NCBI GenBank assembly: GCA_040389905.1
Contig: JAZJZK010000012.1
Location: forward strand, 62,929-126,928
Length of the DNA stretch: 64,000 bases
DNA from: Gemmatimonadota bacterium
GTDB taxonomy: Bacteria > Gemmatimonadota > Gemmatimonadetes > Gemmatimonadales > Gemmatimonadaceae
Direction: 5' to 3'
Shown here: positions 48,888 through 57,405 of the stretch, one piece after another
Layout: every line of letters starts with the position of its first letter
Numbering within the stretch: the first letter of the stretch is position 1
Notes under the pieces: model-generated
What the model was told of the DNA's origin: nothing
Databases searched by the model: none
The model's input: only the letters and a program-made list of their open reading frames with translations
Program-made: the position numbers and the translations under genes

Positions 48888-49970
48888 TCAGGCGCGTTCA
48901 CGTCTGGGGACGTGGGCGAACAGCTCCTTCCGGACCTCCGGATTGCTGATGCGCCAGATCACCCCATCCGTGAAGTAGTGATGGATGTTGATGAACACCA
49001 GAATGAGAATCGGTCCCGCCCGGGACGGCTCCTCACCGAACATGTCGCCGAGCACGAGCATGGCGGCTTTCGGGACGACGAGTGAGATCAGCGCGCTTAC
49101 GACCAGCAGTCCGACGCCATAAGCGGCCATGTGCATGGCGAGTCTGCGGGCTGTCGGCTTTTCCTCGGCGGTCGTCCGGTTGATCTCCACACGGATCGGG
49201 AACGCGAGGTACTGCAACGCGTGCGCGATCTGGATCCAGAACAGTGCCTTGGGGTCGCGCGCAAGCATCGCGTACCAGACGAACAGCGAAACCCATGCGA
49301 CGAGCGACTTGACCGGCGGGCGCTTTCCCGTTCGTCGCCACATCCTGATGAGGCCCACCGCGCCGAGTGCGAATGCAACCACCGTGGCAGCGCTGGCGAG
49401 CAGGTAGATGGGGCGCACACGCGAAGGATCGCGAAGCTGCGTGTAGAGGAACCAGGCGAGGTGCCAGACGAGCAAGACACGCAAGCTCGTACGGATCAGG
49501 CGACGTTCCACAGCGTCGAACGCCGTTCCATCGAGGTAGGCGTACGATGCCATCATGCCCCAGACTTGACCGGTATAGTGCCAAGCCAGGTACGCGCTGC
49601 CCACGGTGATGAGGATGATCACCATGACCCTCGAGCTCTGTGACGCCCACACGGCGACGCAGACGTAGAGGAACAGGATGGCCGGTACGTAGATGGACGC
49701 CCACTTGTGGCGAAGAATCGTTTCCCGGTCGCGATAGACGAGCCGGTAGGACGCCATGAAGTGCGGCATGTTGATGGCCGTGCCGATCCACGCCTGTGCG
49801 CCCGCTCCGATGAGCACCAGGTCGCTGCGCCCGCTCAGGAGCATGGGAACGAACACCAGCAACGACAGCCCACCCACGCACAGAAAGTCGATGACTGGCG
49901 AGAGGATGACGGGGCGCGTGGGCGTCAGTGCCACCGTGGGCGCGCTAGTGGCTCCGCGAGTACGCGCCAT
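48888..49970 (-). CDS. Polytopic membrane protein with His motifs (putative non-heme metal enzyme)
   Basis: 360 aa, about 8-9 TM; NMPHFMASY, WHYTGQ, AHALQY, NIHHYFTDGVIW. Confidence 0.65.
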   Translation of the reverse strand: MARTRGATSAPTVALTPTRPVILSPVIDFLCVGGLSLLVFVPMLLSGRSDLVLIGAGAQAWIGTAINMPHFMASYRLVYRDRETILRHKWASIYVPAILFLYVCVAVWASQSSRVMVIILITVGSAYLAWHYTGQVWGMMASYAYLDGTAFDAVERRLIRTSLRVLLVWHLAWFLYTQLRDPSRVRPIYLLASAATVVAFALGAVGLIRMWRRTGKRPPVKSLVAWVSLFVWYAMLARDPKALFWIQIAHALQYLAFPIRVEINRTTAEEKPTARRLAMHMAAYGVGLLVVSALISLVVPKAAMLVLGDMFGEEPSRAGPILILVFINIHHYFTDGVIWRISNPEVRKELFAHVPRRERA

Positions 49971-50388
49971 CTGGGACGGTGGAACGTTCGCCTGTTGCCG
50001 AGAGGAGGGTCACCAGGATGGCTCCGCCGGTTGCGGCGGCGCCGAATTCGTTCTCGGACTGCATCGGATTGAGGTACTCCACCTTTTCCACGGAAACCGC
50101 GGCAATCCCTTTGAGCACGTTCAGGTCGCCCGTCTGGCGTACGCGATTCACGTAGACGACGGTTATCCCGATCACACGGCGCGTACCCGTGGGTGTCGTG
50201 AGGAAATGCGGTCGCAGGCTGCGAATGGCCTGATAGAGGTCGACGTTGACCTGAGTCGAAGCGAGCAACTCTTCACGTGTAACGACGTCCTTCTGGCGCT
50301 TGGGAGCTGGGTGCTCCTCCGCACCGGTCTTGGACAGACAACCAGCCAGCAGGCTGAGCGCGACGAGACCTATCCATCCTGCTTTCAT
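49945..50388 (-). CDS. Small lipoprotein consisting only of a TBDR plug-like domain
   Basis: SD GGAGG; MKAGWIGLVALSLLAGC; VVTREEL..., VVYVN, VEKVEYL...FG...GGAILVT. Confidence 0.7.
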   Translation of the reverse strand: MKAGWIGLVALSLLAGCLSKTGAEEHPAPKRQKDVVTREELLASTQVNVDLYQAIRSLRPHFLTTPTGTRRVIGITVVYVNRVRQTGDLNVLKGIAAVSVEKVEYLNPMQSENEFGAAATGGAILVTLLSATGERSTVPDGAYSRSH

Positions 50389-50506
50389 CGGACTGCCTCC
50401 TGAAAGTTGGCCGGCCTGCAAGGGCAAAGGGCCGCCGGACATGAATGCCCGACGGCCCCTTGTTCTCAAGCGAGAACCCAGTTCACACTCGACTACCCAC
50501 GAGAGG

Positions 50507-51376
50507 TTAGCAGAGCGGCGAGCAGGTACGCGGCGGACGCTTATCCCAGTTGAAAGTAATCGCTGGAACGGCGAATGCCGCAGTCTGCGGCGTGCGCGCA
50601 CCCGCCGTGGAGCGCGGGAAGACGAAGGCAGAGATTGCCGAGCCGGCGACCAGCGAGCCCGGAAGCGCTTCGATGTCGACGGTCGCAGCCGCACCCTGAA
50701 GCGCGAGTGCATCGTTGAACAACTTGGTGGCGTCGTCCACGTCGCGCACGTTGTACATGTAGCTGCCTGGCGCCAACGTGATGTAGCTGGAGGCGCTGTA
50801 CGCCGGAACGTTCGCCCAGGTCGCGGCAGCCGGAGCCGTGCCACCCTGTGCGTAGACACGCACGTTGATCGGCGTGCTCTGGGTGTTGACGATGCGGAAC
50901 GCGACGTTGCTGCCCGGTGCTGGAACTGTTTCGTCCCAGACGGTCATCTTCATCTTGTCCGCGCCCGTCGACCGGGCGTTCCCCCACAGCATCACGGTGT
51001 AGTTGTGCAGTGCTTCGACCGTGATCGAGGAATCCTTGAGCACCGTCTGCGTGATGGACGCGATGGTGTCATCGAGGAAGACGCGGAACTTGCGTGACCC
51101 AGCGCGCGCGCCCTTGTACTCGGTCAGCGTCGAAACGAACGGCGCGGCCGAGGACGGGGCGTTGCGGAAGGTCATGCGGAACTGTGCGTTGCTCTCCACC
51201 ATATCGATGAAGCGGAAGTCGAGACCCATCGCACCCGATGAATCGGGGACGGCATTGATGAATCGAACACCACCGGTTGGAATGTCTTCCGTCTTGATGA
51301 CGGTCTCCGGTGTGGAACACGCGGACACGATGCCAATCGCCAGGCATGCTCCCGTGAGTAGAAATCTGCGTCGCAT
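50507..51376 (-). CDS. DUF4397-like lipoprotein
   Basis: MRRRFLL...IVSAC; VRFINAVPD; second unit AFRIVN...INVRV...ANVPAYSASSY; SD GGAG. Confidence 0.75.
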   Translation of the reverse strand: MRRRFLLTGACLAIGIVSACSTPETVIKTEDIPTGGVRFINAVPDSSGAMGLDFRFIDMVESNAQFRMTFRNAPSSAAPFVSTLTEYKGARAGSRKFRVFLDDTIASITQTVLKDSSITVEALHNYTVMLWGNARSTGADKMKMTVWDETVPAPGSNVAFRIVNTQSTPINVRVYAQGGTAPAAATWANVPAYSASSYITLAPGSYMYNVRDVDDATKLFNDALALQGAAATVDIEALPGSLVAGSAISAFVFPRSTAGARTPQTAAFAVPAITFNWDKRPPRTCSPLC

Positions 51377-51416
51377 GAAAATACTCCGTAAGAAGTTGAG
51401 GCGCCGAACTCGGCGG

Positions 51417-51890
51417 TCAGCGAATAGGGATGCGTACAGTCGTGACACTGTCGGGCGGAAGCGTTTGATCTGAGGGTCCTCCCCCGGGGAACAGCGATTG
51501 TTTTGCTACCGCTGCGATGATCGCCACAACGGCACCTGACAACACGGCTGTTCGTCCGGGAGAGAACTTCTTTTCATAGGTTGTCGAGACGTACGACGAC
51601 TTCAACCGCACCTTCTCGCCGCGCCAGACCTGATCGCCGCCGCGAAGAAAGCGGACCAGGGTCACGCCAACGACGTACTCATCGTTGTCGCGCTGCATCA
51701 GCACGCCCTCGACCTGACCGATCTCCGGTCCCATCGTTCCGCCAAGGGCGAGACGACCGGCATCGTTGATATCGAACGCCGCGGGCATGCCGACTTCCGG
51801 TACGACTCCTCCCGTGGGCCGCAGCTCATAGCAGCCGCCCGACAGGAGAAGTCCGACCGAACCCATGATCATGAATGATCTCTTCCGCAC
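51417..51890 (-). CDS. Hypothetical lipoprotein with C-terminal hydrophobic segment
   Basis: GTG 51890 gives MRKRSFMIMGSVGLLLSGG-C; KFSPGRTAVLSGAVVAII tail. Confidence 0.65.
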   Translation of the reverse strand: MRKRSFMIMGSVGLLLSGGCYELRPTGGVVPEVGMPAAFDINDAGRLALGGTMGPEIGQVEGVLMQRDNDEYVVGVTLVRFLRGGDQVWRGEKVRLKSSYVSTTYEKKFSPGRTAVLSGAVVAIIAAVAKQSLFPGGGPSDQTLPPDSVTTVRIPIR

Positions 51891-51898
51891 TGTGTGAT

Positions 51899-53584
51899 TT
51901 ACCAGCCGTACGTTCCCTTGGGGGCGACTGAGTTGGGAGCCATCCCAACGCCGCCACCCGTCCCATAGATCGCCGAGGTCGGCTTCGAGCGTGCAAGCAG
52001 ATCCTCGACCGGCGTCGCCCAGAACAGCGGCGTGCCGGCAGCCAGATCGCCCCAGCCGCGGCCATCGAGATACCACGGACCAACCGCAATGAAGGCGGTT
52101 TCAAGGCGTTTCTCATACTTCATCGCCTCGAGCAAGGAACCGCAACCCACCGCGGTGAACGCCGGACCGATCGGCACCTTCGGAACGCAATCCGCACCCC
52201 CAGGGACAACCGCCGTCGGATCAGTAATCGCCGGCAGACCGTTCTTGACTCGGGTGACGTTGATCAGCGTCGCAGCACCCGCGGCGTTGCCCGTGCGGAT
52301 CAGGCCTTCGGCCTGCAGCATGTCGAGCTCCGCCTTGGCGAAGTAAATCGTGTTACCCGTCTGCGCCGAGCCGGCATCGCCAGCGACACGCCAAGGATGG
52401 AAGCGCGCGATGTCGTAGTTGGACCAGCCCCAGCCAGCGCCGGCGAACTGGTCGTTGCCACCCGGGCGGTTGACGAAGTACCGCTTGCACACCGTTCCCG
52501 ACGCCGCACAGCTCGTAATCGAGAAGTCAGCCTGCTGTGCGGCACGGGTTGCACCCTGCGGAAAGCGAAGGTCCGGCGTGACCATGAAGAAGCCGTTGTT
52601 GCCCGAACCACGAGCGCCAATGGCCGTCGCCTGCCACGTCGCGTAGCTGCCCGACACGTCCGCCATGCCGATGACGAATGGCGGCATCTGGTGCCACAGG
52701 CCGGCGCCGTCGTACTGCGCACGCCAGCTGTTCCCGATACCAGTGACCGAGCCGGTCGTGATCTGCATGTCAGCCGTGATACCGCCCTGCGCATCCGCGA
52801 TCACGCTCGCCCAGTTGACCGCTGCCCGCTCGGCCGGTGTACGCGCAATGTTCGCACGAACCCTCGCACGGTAACTGCGAACCACCTTGATGAACTCCGC
52901 CTGCGAGAGCGCCGTTGGCGTCGGGATCCACGTGATCGGAATCGGGAAGCCTTCGGAACCCGTGACGGGAGCGCTGGCGTAGTCGATGGCGCGCTGGAAC
53001 GCGGCCATCGCTGAATCCCCCGCTTCCTTGTAACTCACGAGCGTGCCCGCATCCTGCGGATCGGTCTTTGTCGTCACGATCGCCGTCGAATCATAGAACA
53101 TGGCGATATGCCCGATGGCCATGCCGCGCAGGAACTCGGCGAAGGCCTGATCGCGCGACTTACGTGCGGTGGACTGGAGGTCCAACCCGGCTTCGACCTG
53201 CGCCAGGAAGGTCGAGGCCACACGCTGCACTTCGTTCTCGATCGTGTAGATACGGAACTGTTCGCCCGTGCACACGTTGCCCGGCGTGTTGTCGTTGTTC
53301 GCGCCGGCGAAGGGCAGGCGCGCATTCAGACAGTTGTTCGCAAGGCTGGAGAAGTTCATCATCGACATGACGCCCGTCATGCCTTCGATGACGGTGAGAC
53401 TGCCGTACAGGCCAGTCGACCACCGCTTGAAATAGCCGCCGACCAGATTCTCGGCGTCGGTCGCAGTCGCCAGCACCTTCTTGCTGTCGCCGCTATTCGG
53501 GTTCGTCACCTCGAGCGATCGTTCGCACGCAGTGAGGCCGAGCGCCGCCACCAAGGCGGCGCTACGGATCAGGTTTCGAGTCAT
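51899..53584 (-). CDS. SusD/RagB-like outer-membrane lipoprotein (pair 2)
   Basis: Lipobox LTAC, LEVTNPN, AELDMLQAEGLIR, MKYEKRLE, DGRGWGDL. Confidence 0.88.
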   Translation of the reverse strand: MTRNLIRSAALVAALGLTACERSLEVTNPNSGDSKKVLATATDAENLVGGYFKRWSTGLYGSLTVIEGMTGVMSMMNFSSLANNCLNARLPFAGANNDNTPGNVCTGEQFRIYTIENEVQRVASTFLAQVEAGLDLQSTARKSRDQAFAEFLRGMAIGHIAMFYDSTAIVTTKTDPQDAGTLVSYKEAGDSAMAAFQRAIDYASAPVTGSEGFPIPITWIPTPTALSQAEFIKVVRSYRARVRANIARTPAERAAVNWASVIADAQGGITADMQITTGSVTGIGNSWRAQYDGAGLWHQMPPFVIGMADVSGSYATWQATAIGARGSGNNGFFMVTPDLRFPQGATRAAQQADFSITSCAASGTVCKRYFVNRPGGNDQFAGAGWGWSNYDIARFHPWRVAGDAGSAQTGNTIYFAKAELDMLQAEGLIRTGNAAGAATLINVTRVKNGLPAITDPTAVVPGGADCVPKVPIGPAFTAVGCGSLLEAMKYEKRLETAFIAVGPWYLDGRGWGDLAAGTPLFWATPVEDLLARSKPTSAIYGTGGGVGMAPNSVAPKGTYGW

Positions 53585-53596
53585 GTACGATGGCTC

Positions 53597-56500
53597 CTAG
53601 AAGCGCGTGGAAACAGTGACCGTGAAGGTGCGGAGCGTCGGGAAGTTGAAGGCATCGACCTGGTTGATGAGGCCTGAGCCTGCGGCACCGCCGGAGACAC
53701 CGACTTCTGGGTCGTACCCGCTGTAGCCCGTGAACGTCATCAGGTTGCGTCCAATCACGCCAACCGTGAAGTCACCCAGGCCTGCGAGCTTGCCGAGCTT
53801 GTACGTGAGGCTGACTTCGCGAAGCTTCGCGTAGGAACCATCCTCGGTGTTGTAGTTGTTCGGTCCGAGAATGTCGTAGAAGCCGCCCGTGCCCAGGTTG
53901 CCGGACTCGGTGAAGCCTGCGCGCCAGCCGTAGCCGGTCGGCTTGGCCTCTTCCACCGTCTTCTTTGAGCCATCGAAATAGTCAGAGCTGAAATCGAGCA
54001 GTCCCCAGCCCTCGCCCTGATTCTGGATCTTGTGACCAAACGTTCCGTCGACCAACCCGTACAGCGTCAGGCGCTTGTACTGCACGTTGTTGGCATACGT
54101 CATACGGAAGTTCGGCAGCACGTTGCCCAGGTAGTGCTGGATGCCGACGCCTTCGCCCTTCTCACCGCGCAATGGACGATCGATGATCGGATGTCCGAAG
54201 AACAGCGGATAGTTCCAGGGCGAGTTCGCCTGCGAGAGCTTCGCCTGCCACAGGTTCTTCGTGATGCCGTCGCGCCAGTTGTTGCCAGCGCCCGTCCACA
54301 CGACCCAACCCTGATCATTGATCTGGTACTCATGCGTATCGCCAACCGCACCGTCGCCGCAAGAGGCCTGGACCGATGCCGGCAGGTCCGCGCATGTCTT
54401 GTAGAACTTGCGGCCCCAGATGTTGCCGTACCGGTTGACCGGCGTGCCATCGACGACGTCGGTGCGCGCGGTGATCAGGAACAAGCTGCCCGTTCCCTGA
54501 CCCGTCCCTGCCGTGTTGTAGTACTCCGGCACGAACAGCTCCGTGACGAAGGTGCGCGTGCGATCCCACGTGCCGCGCATGCTCCAGTTCAGGTCTGCCT
54601 TGCTGATGATCGGCAGGTTCAGGCCGACTTCGTACGTGTTGTTCGACAGCGTACCGGCATTCTGCCACTGGCTGCTGAAGCCCAGTGAGGACGGCGTGTT
54701 GACCGGGAGAATCTGGTTCTTCGTGTCGGACTTGGCGTTGGTGATCTCGACGCCGAGCCGGTTGAAGAGGGTGAAGTCCGTACCGATTTCCGTTTCCGTG
54801 GTCGTTTCCGGCTTCAGCTGGCTGTTACCAGCCTGGCCGAGCGAGCAACCGGCGGAACCGCACGAGTACGTCTCGTACTGCGCCGAGAAGTTCGGCGTGG
54901 AACCAGCGCTACCACGCGAGGCGCGGATGCGGAAGTCCGTCAGCTTGTTGCTGTGCCAGAACGACTCTTCCGACACACGCCACACTCCGGAGAGACGACC
55001 GAACGATGCCCACCGATTGCCGGCGCCGAAACGCGAGCTGCCGTCGAAACGGTACGTGCCTTCGACGATGTAGCGTCCCTTGTAGTCCACGCTGCCGCCG
55101 CCGAGCGCACCCATGTTGCGATCCGTCTGCCAGCTCGAGGACAACCCGAAGGATGCCGACGTCGCGTTGGACAACGTGTAGATGTCCTTCACCACGAACT
55201 GGCTGCGGTTGCCGTTGTTCGAGTTGAACTTTTCCTGATCCCACAGGCCCTTGAAGTTGACCTTGGCACTCAGGTCGTTGCTGAGCTGCTTGCGGAACGT
55301 GGCGGCGACGCTGGCGTTCATCGCCTCGTCACCGTTGTCGCTCAGCGAGATGCTGCCGAAGTTCGTTCCGGTGGAGACGGCGAAGGTGCGATACCCCTTG
55401 AAGACGTGGCTGTCCTGGAAGCGCGTCCGGTTGTCGTAGCCGAACGTCGCGTCGAAAGTGGCCCAGTCCGTCGGGAAGTAGTTCGCCGAGATCGACCCGA
55501 GGTAGCGGGTCGAGTAGCTGGTGTCGAACAGGTTCTCAGAGTCATACAGGAACGTGCCGGCCGCGTTGCCCGACCCGCGGAAGCCCGCGCCGCCAAGCTT
55601 GATGAGGTACCGGCCCAGGGTGTCGCGAGCCGCGTAGTCCGAGCCTGCCGGAGCGCCGCGGAGCAGCTGTCCGAAGATACCGCCATTGGACGAGCCGCCG
55701 CTGCGGTTGTCCGTCGTGCCGCGGTCATACAGCGAGCTCACCGAGATGAGCAGGTTGCTGCGCACATCGTAGTCGAGGTTGACGCGCGCACGATTCTGCT
55801 GCTGCCCTTCGAGACCCTTGATCGCGCCCTTGTCGCTCGTGGCGGATCCGCTGACATAGAAGCGAACGTTTCCGACGCGGCCTGTGGCATCCACGGAGTT
55901 CAGCGTCACCGGATTGCGGCTCGCCACCTGCGCGAAGGAGTTGTAGTACTGGTTCGGCCAGATGTTCGCCTGGAAGACGTTCGTCAGTTCGCCACCGGCG
56001 AAGGACGGCGCATTCCACTGCACGTTCTGGTTGGTACGAATGGTGTCCGCATTGACGTTGTTGATGCGGTACATCTCCGTCATCCAGTCGAGCGTGCGCG
56101 AGCAGGGCGCCGACGTCGTCGTGCCCGTGACGCAGAAACGCTTGCCCGTCTCATCGAGCTGGAGATGGTGGTTGGTCGGCTGACCGTAGTCGAGGCTGTT
56201 CAGGTCGGACGTGCCGTATTCCGTACGGAGCCCGAACTTGATGCCGTCCTGCGACGCACCGCGCTTCGTCTTGATCGTGATGACGCCATTGGCTGCCTTG
56301 GTGCCGTAGAGCGCTGCACCAGCCGCGCCCTTCACGACTTCCACGGACTCGATGTCGAGGCCACCGAGTTCCGCAAGGCTGCCGACGTTCATGATGATGT
56401 TGTCGACGATGATCAGCGGACCCTGGCTGCGGCCCGAGGCATTCAGCGACGTCGGTCCACGCATCAGGATTTCCGGCGTGCTGCCCGGCTGTCCGCTCGT

Positions 56501-57013
56501 CTGCGCGATGCGCATACCGGCAACCTTACCCTGCAGCGCACGAATCGGATCGAGTCCCGGAACCGGGATGTCCTCTTCGCTCAGGCGAGCAACGGCGAAC
56601 GGTACTTTCGACCGCTCCGTGCCCTCGATCGAGCCGGTGACGACGACTTCGCTCAGCTTGTTGATGTCCTGCTTGAGCTGGAAGTTCTGCGTCTGCGTCC
56701 CCGCGGCGACCGTGATGACGCGGACCTGGGACTGATGACCGATCGCGCGAATGCGAAGGTTGACCTTCTGCCCCTGCACGCGTGCCGTCGGCACCGTGAA
56801 CGTGTACACACCTGCTGCATTCGTTCCGACGGAAACCGCGAGGTCATTGATGTACAGATTCGCGGCTTCGACCGGCGTCCCATTTTCCGACGTCACCTTA
56901 CCGGTGACAACGGCGGCCTGGGCGTGGGCTTTTGCAGCGGGCAACGTGAGCATCATGCTCAGCGCTGCCAGTGCAATCGCCCGGAACTTCTTCCTGGTGA
57001 TGATGGTGGTCAT
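53597..57013 (-). CDS. SusC/RagA-family TonB-dependent transporter (pair 2)
   Basis: SD GAGGGAG; signal AHA-Q; LSEVVVTG; SVEVVKGAAGAALYGTKAANGVITIKTKRG; YSGYDPEV; C-terminal Phe; start ATG 57013. Confidence 0.95.
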   Translation of the reverse strand: MTTIITRKKFRAIALAALSMMLTLPAAKAHAQAAVVTGKVTSENGTPVEAANLYINDLAVSVGTNAAGVYTFTVPTARVQGQKVNLRIRAIGHQSQVRVITVAAGTQTQNFQLKQDINKLSEVVVTGSIEGTERSKVPFAVARLSEEDIPVPGLDPIRALQGKVAGMRIAQTSGQPGSTPEILMRGPTSLNASGRSQGPLIIVDNIIMNVGSLAELGGLDIESVEVVKGAAGAALYGTKAANGVITIKTKRGASQDGIKFGLRTEYGTSDLNSLDYGQPTNHHLQLDETGKRFCVTGTTTSAPCSRTLDWMTEMYRINNVNADTIRTNQNVQWNAPSFAGGELTNVFQANIWPNQYYNSFAQVASRNPVTLNSVDATGRVGNVRFYVSGSATSDKGAIKGLEGQQQNRARVNLDYDVRSNLLISVSSLYDRGTTDNRSGGSSNGGIFGQLLRGAPAGSDYAARDTLGRYLIKLGGAGFRGSGNAAGTFLYDSENLFDTSYSTRYLGSISANYFPTDWATFDATFGYDNRTRFQDSHVFKGYRTFAVSTGTNFGSISLSDNGDEAMNASVAATFRKQLSNDLSAKVNFKGLWDQEKFNSNNGNRSQFVVKDIYTLSNATSASFGLSSSWQTDRNMGALGGGSVDYKGRYIVEGTYRFDGSSRFGAGNRWASFGRLSGVWRVSEESFWHSNKLTDFRIRASRGSAGSTPNFSAQYETYSCGSAGCSLGQAGNSQLKPETTTETEIGTDFTLFNRLGVEITNAKSDTKNQILPVNTPSSLGFSSQWQNAGTLSNNTYEVGLNLPIISKADLNWSMRGTWDRTRTFVTELFVPEYYNTAGTGQGTGSLFLITARTDVVDGTPVNRYGNIWGRKFYKTCADLPASVQASCGDGAVGDTHEYQINDQGWVVWTGAGNNWRDGITKNLWQAKLSQANSPWNYPLFFGHPIIDRPLRGEKGEGVGIQHYLGNVLPNFRMTYANNVQYKRLTLYGLVDGTFGHKIQNQGEGWGLLDFSSDYFDGSKKTVEEAKPTGYGWRAGFTESGNLGTGGFYDILGPNNYNTEDGSYAKLREVSLTYKLGKLAGLGDFTVGVIGRNLMTFTGYSGYDPEVGVSGGAAGSGLINQVDAFNFPTLRTFTVTVSTRF

Positions 57014-57405
57014 CTCACTCCCTCGATGAGCAAAAGGGGAACTGCGGAACACGCGTAGAACACGAGCGCAAGCACGAACACACAAAAAACAGCACAAGAT
57101 CGAGCGATGGATCTATCTCGATTGGGGGAACTCAGAAGGCGGGAGCGCTCGTCAGGAAGCCGGCCGGCGGGACGGACGGCGGAATAAACATCAGGAGGGG
57201 AACAACCGCGCCCAATAATGTCCCTCGCTCTGGAAGGACGCAACCCTGGGTCTGGTCAAATGCTACGGACCTCCCAACCCTTTCGGCCGTCACATGTGTC
57301 CAAGCGTGAATATGGTGGCTGGCATTGCCCTCCCCCTCCAGCCCTACCGGGCTCAGCTTTCTCTTCGCCGTTGCTCCCCCGACGCGCCGAGTGCGACTTT
57401 GTGGA

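Noticed and set aside
25568..57013. Classical polysaccharide utilisation loci
   Set aside because: No recognisable glycoside hydrolases, lyases, sugar transporters or PUL regulators near either SusC/D pair
54953..57058. 701-aa plus-strand ORF opposite susC2
   Set aside because: Antisense shadow with no recognisable domain
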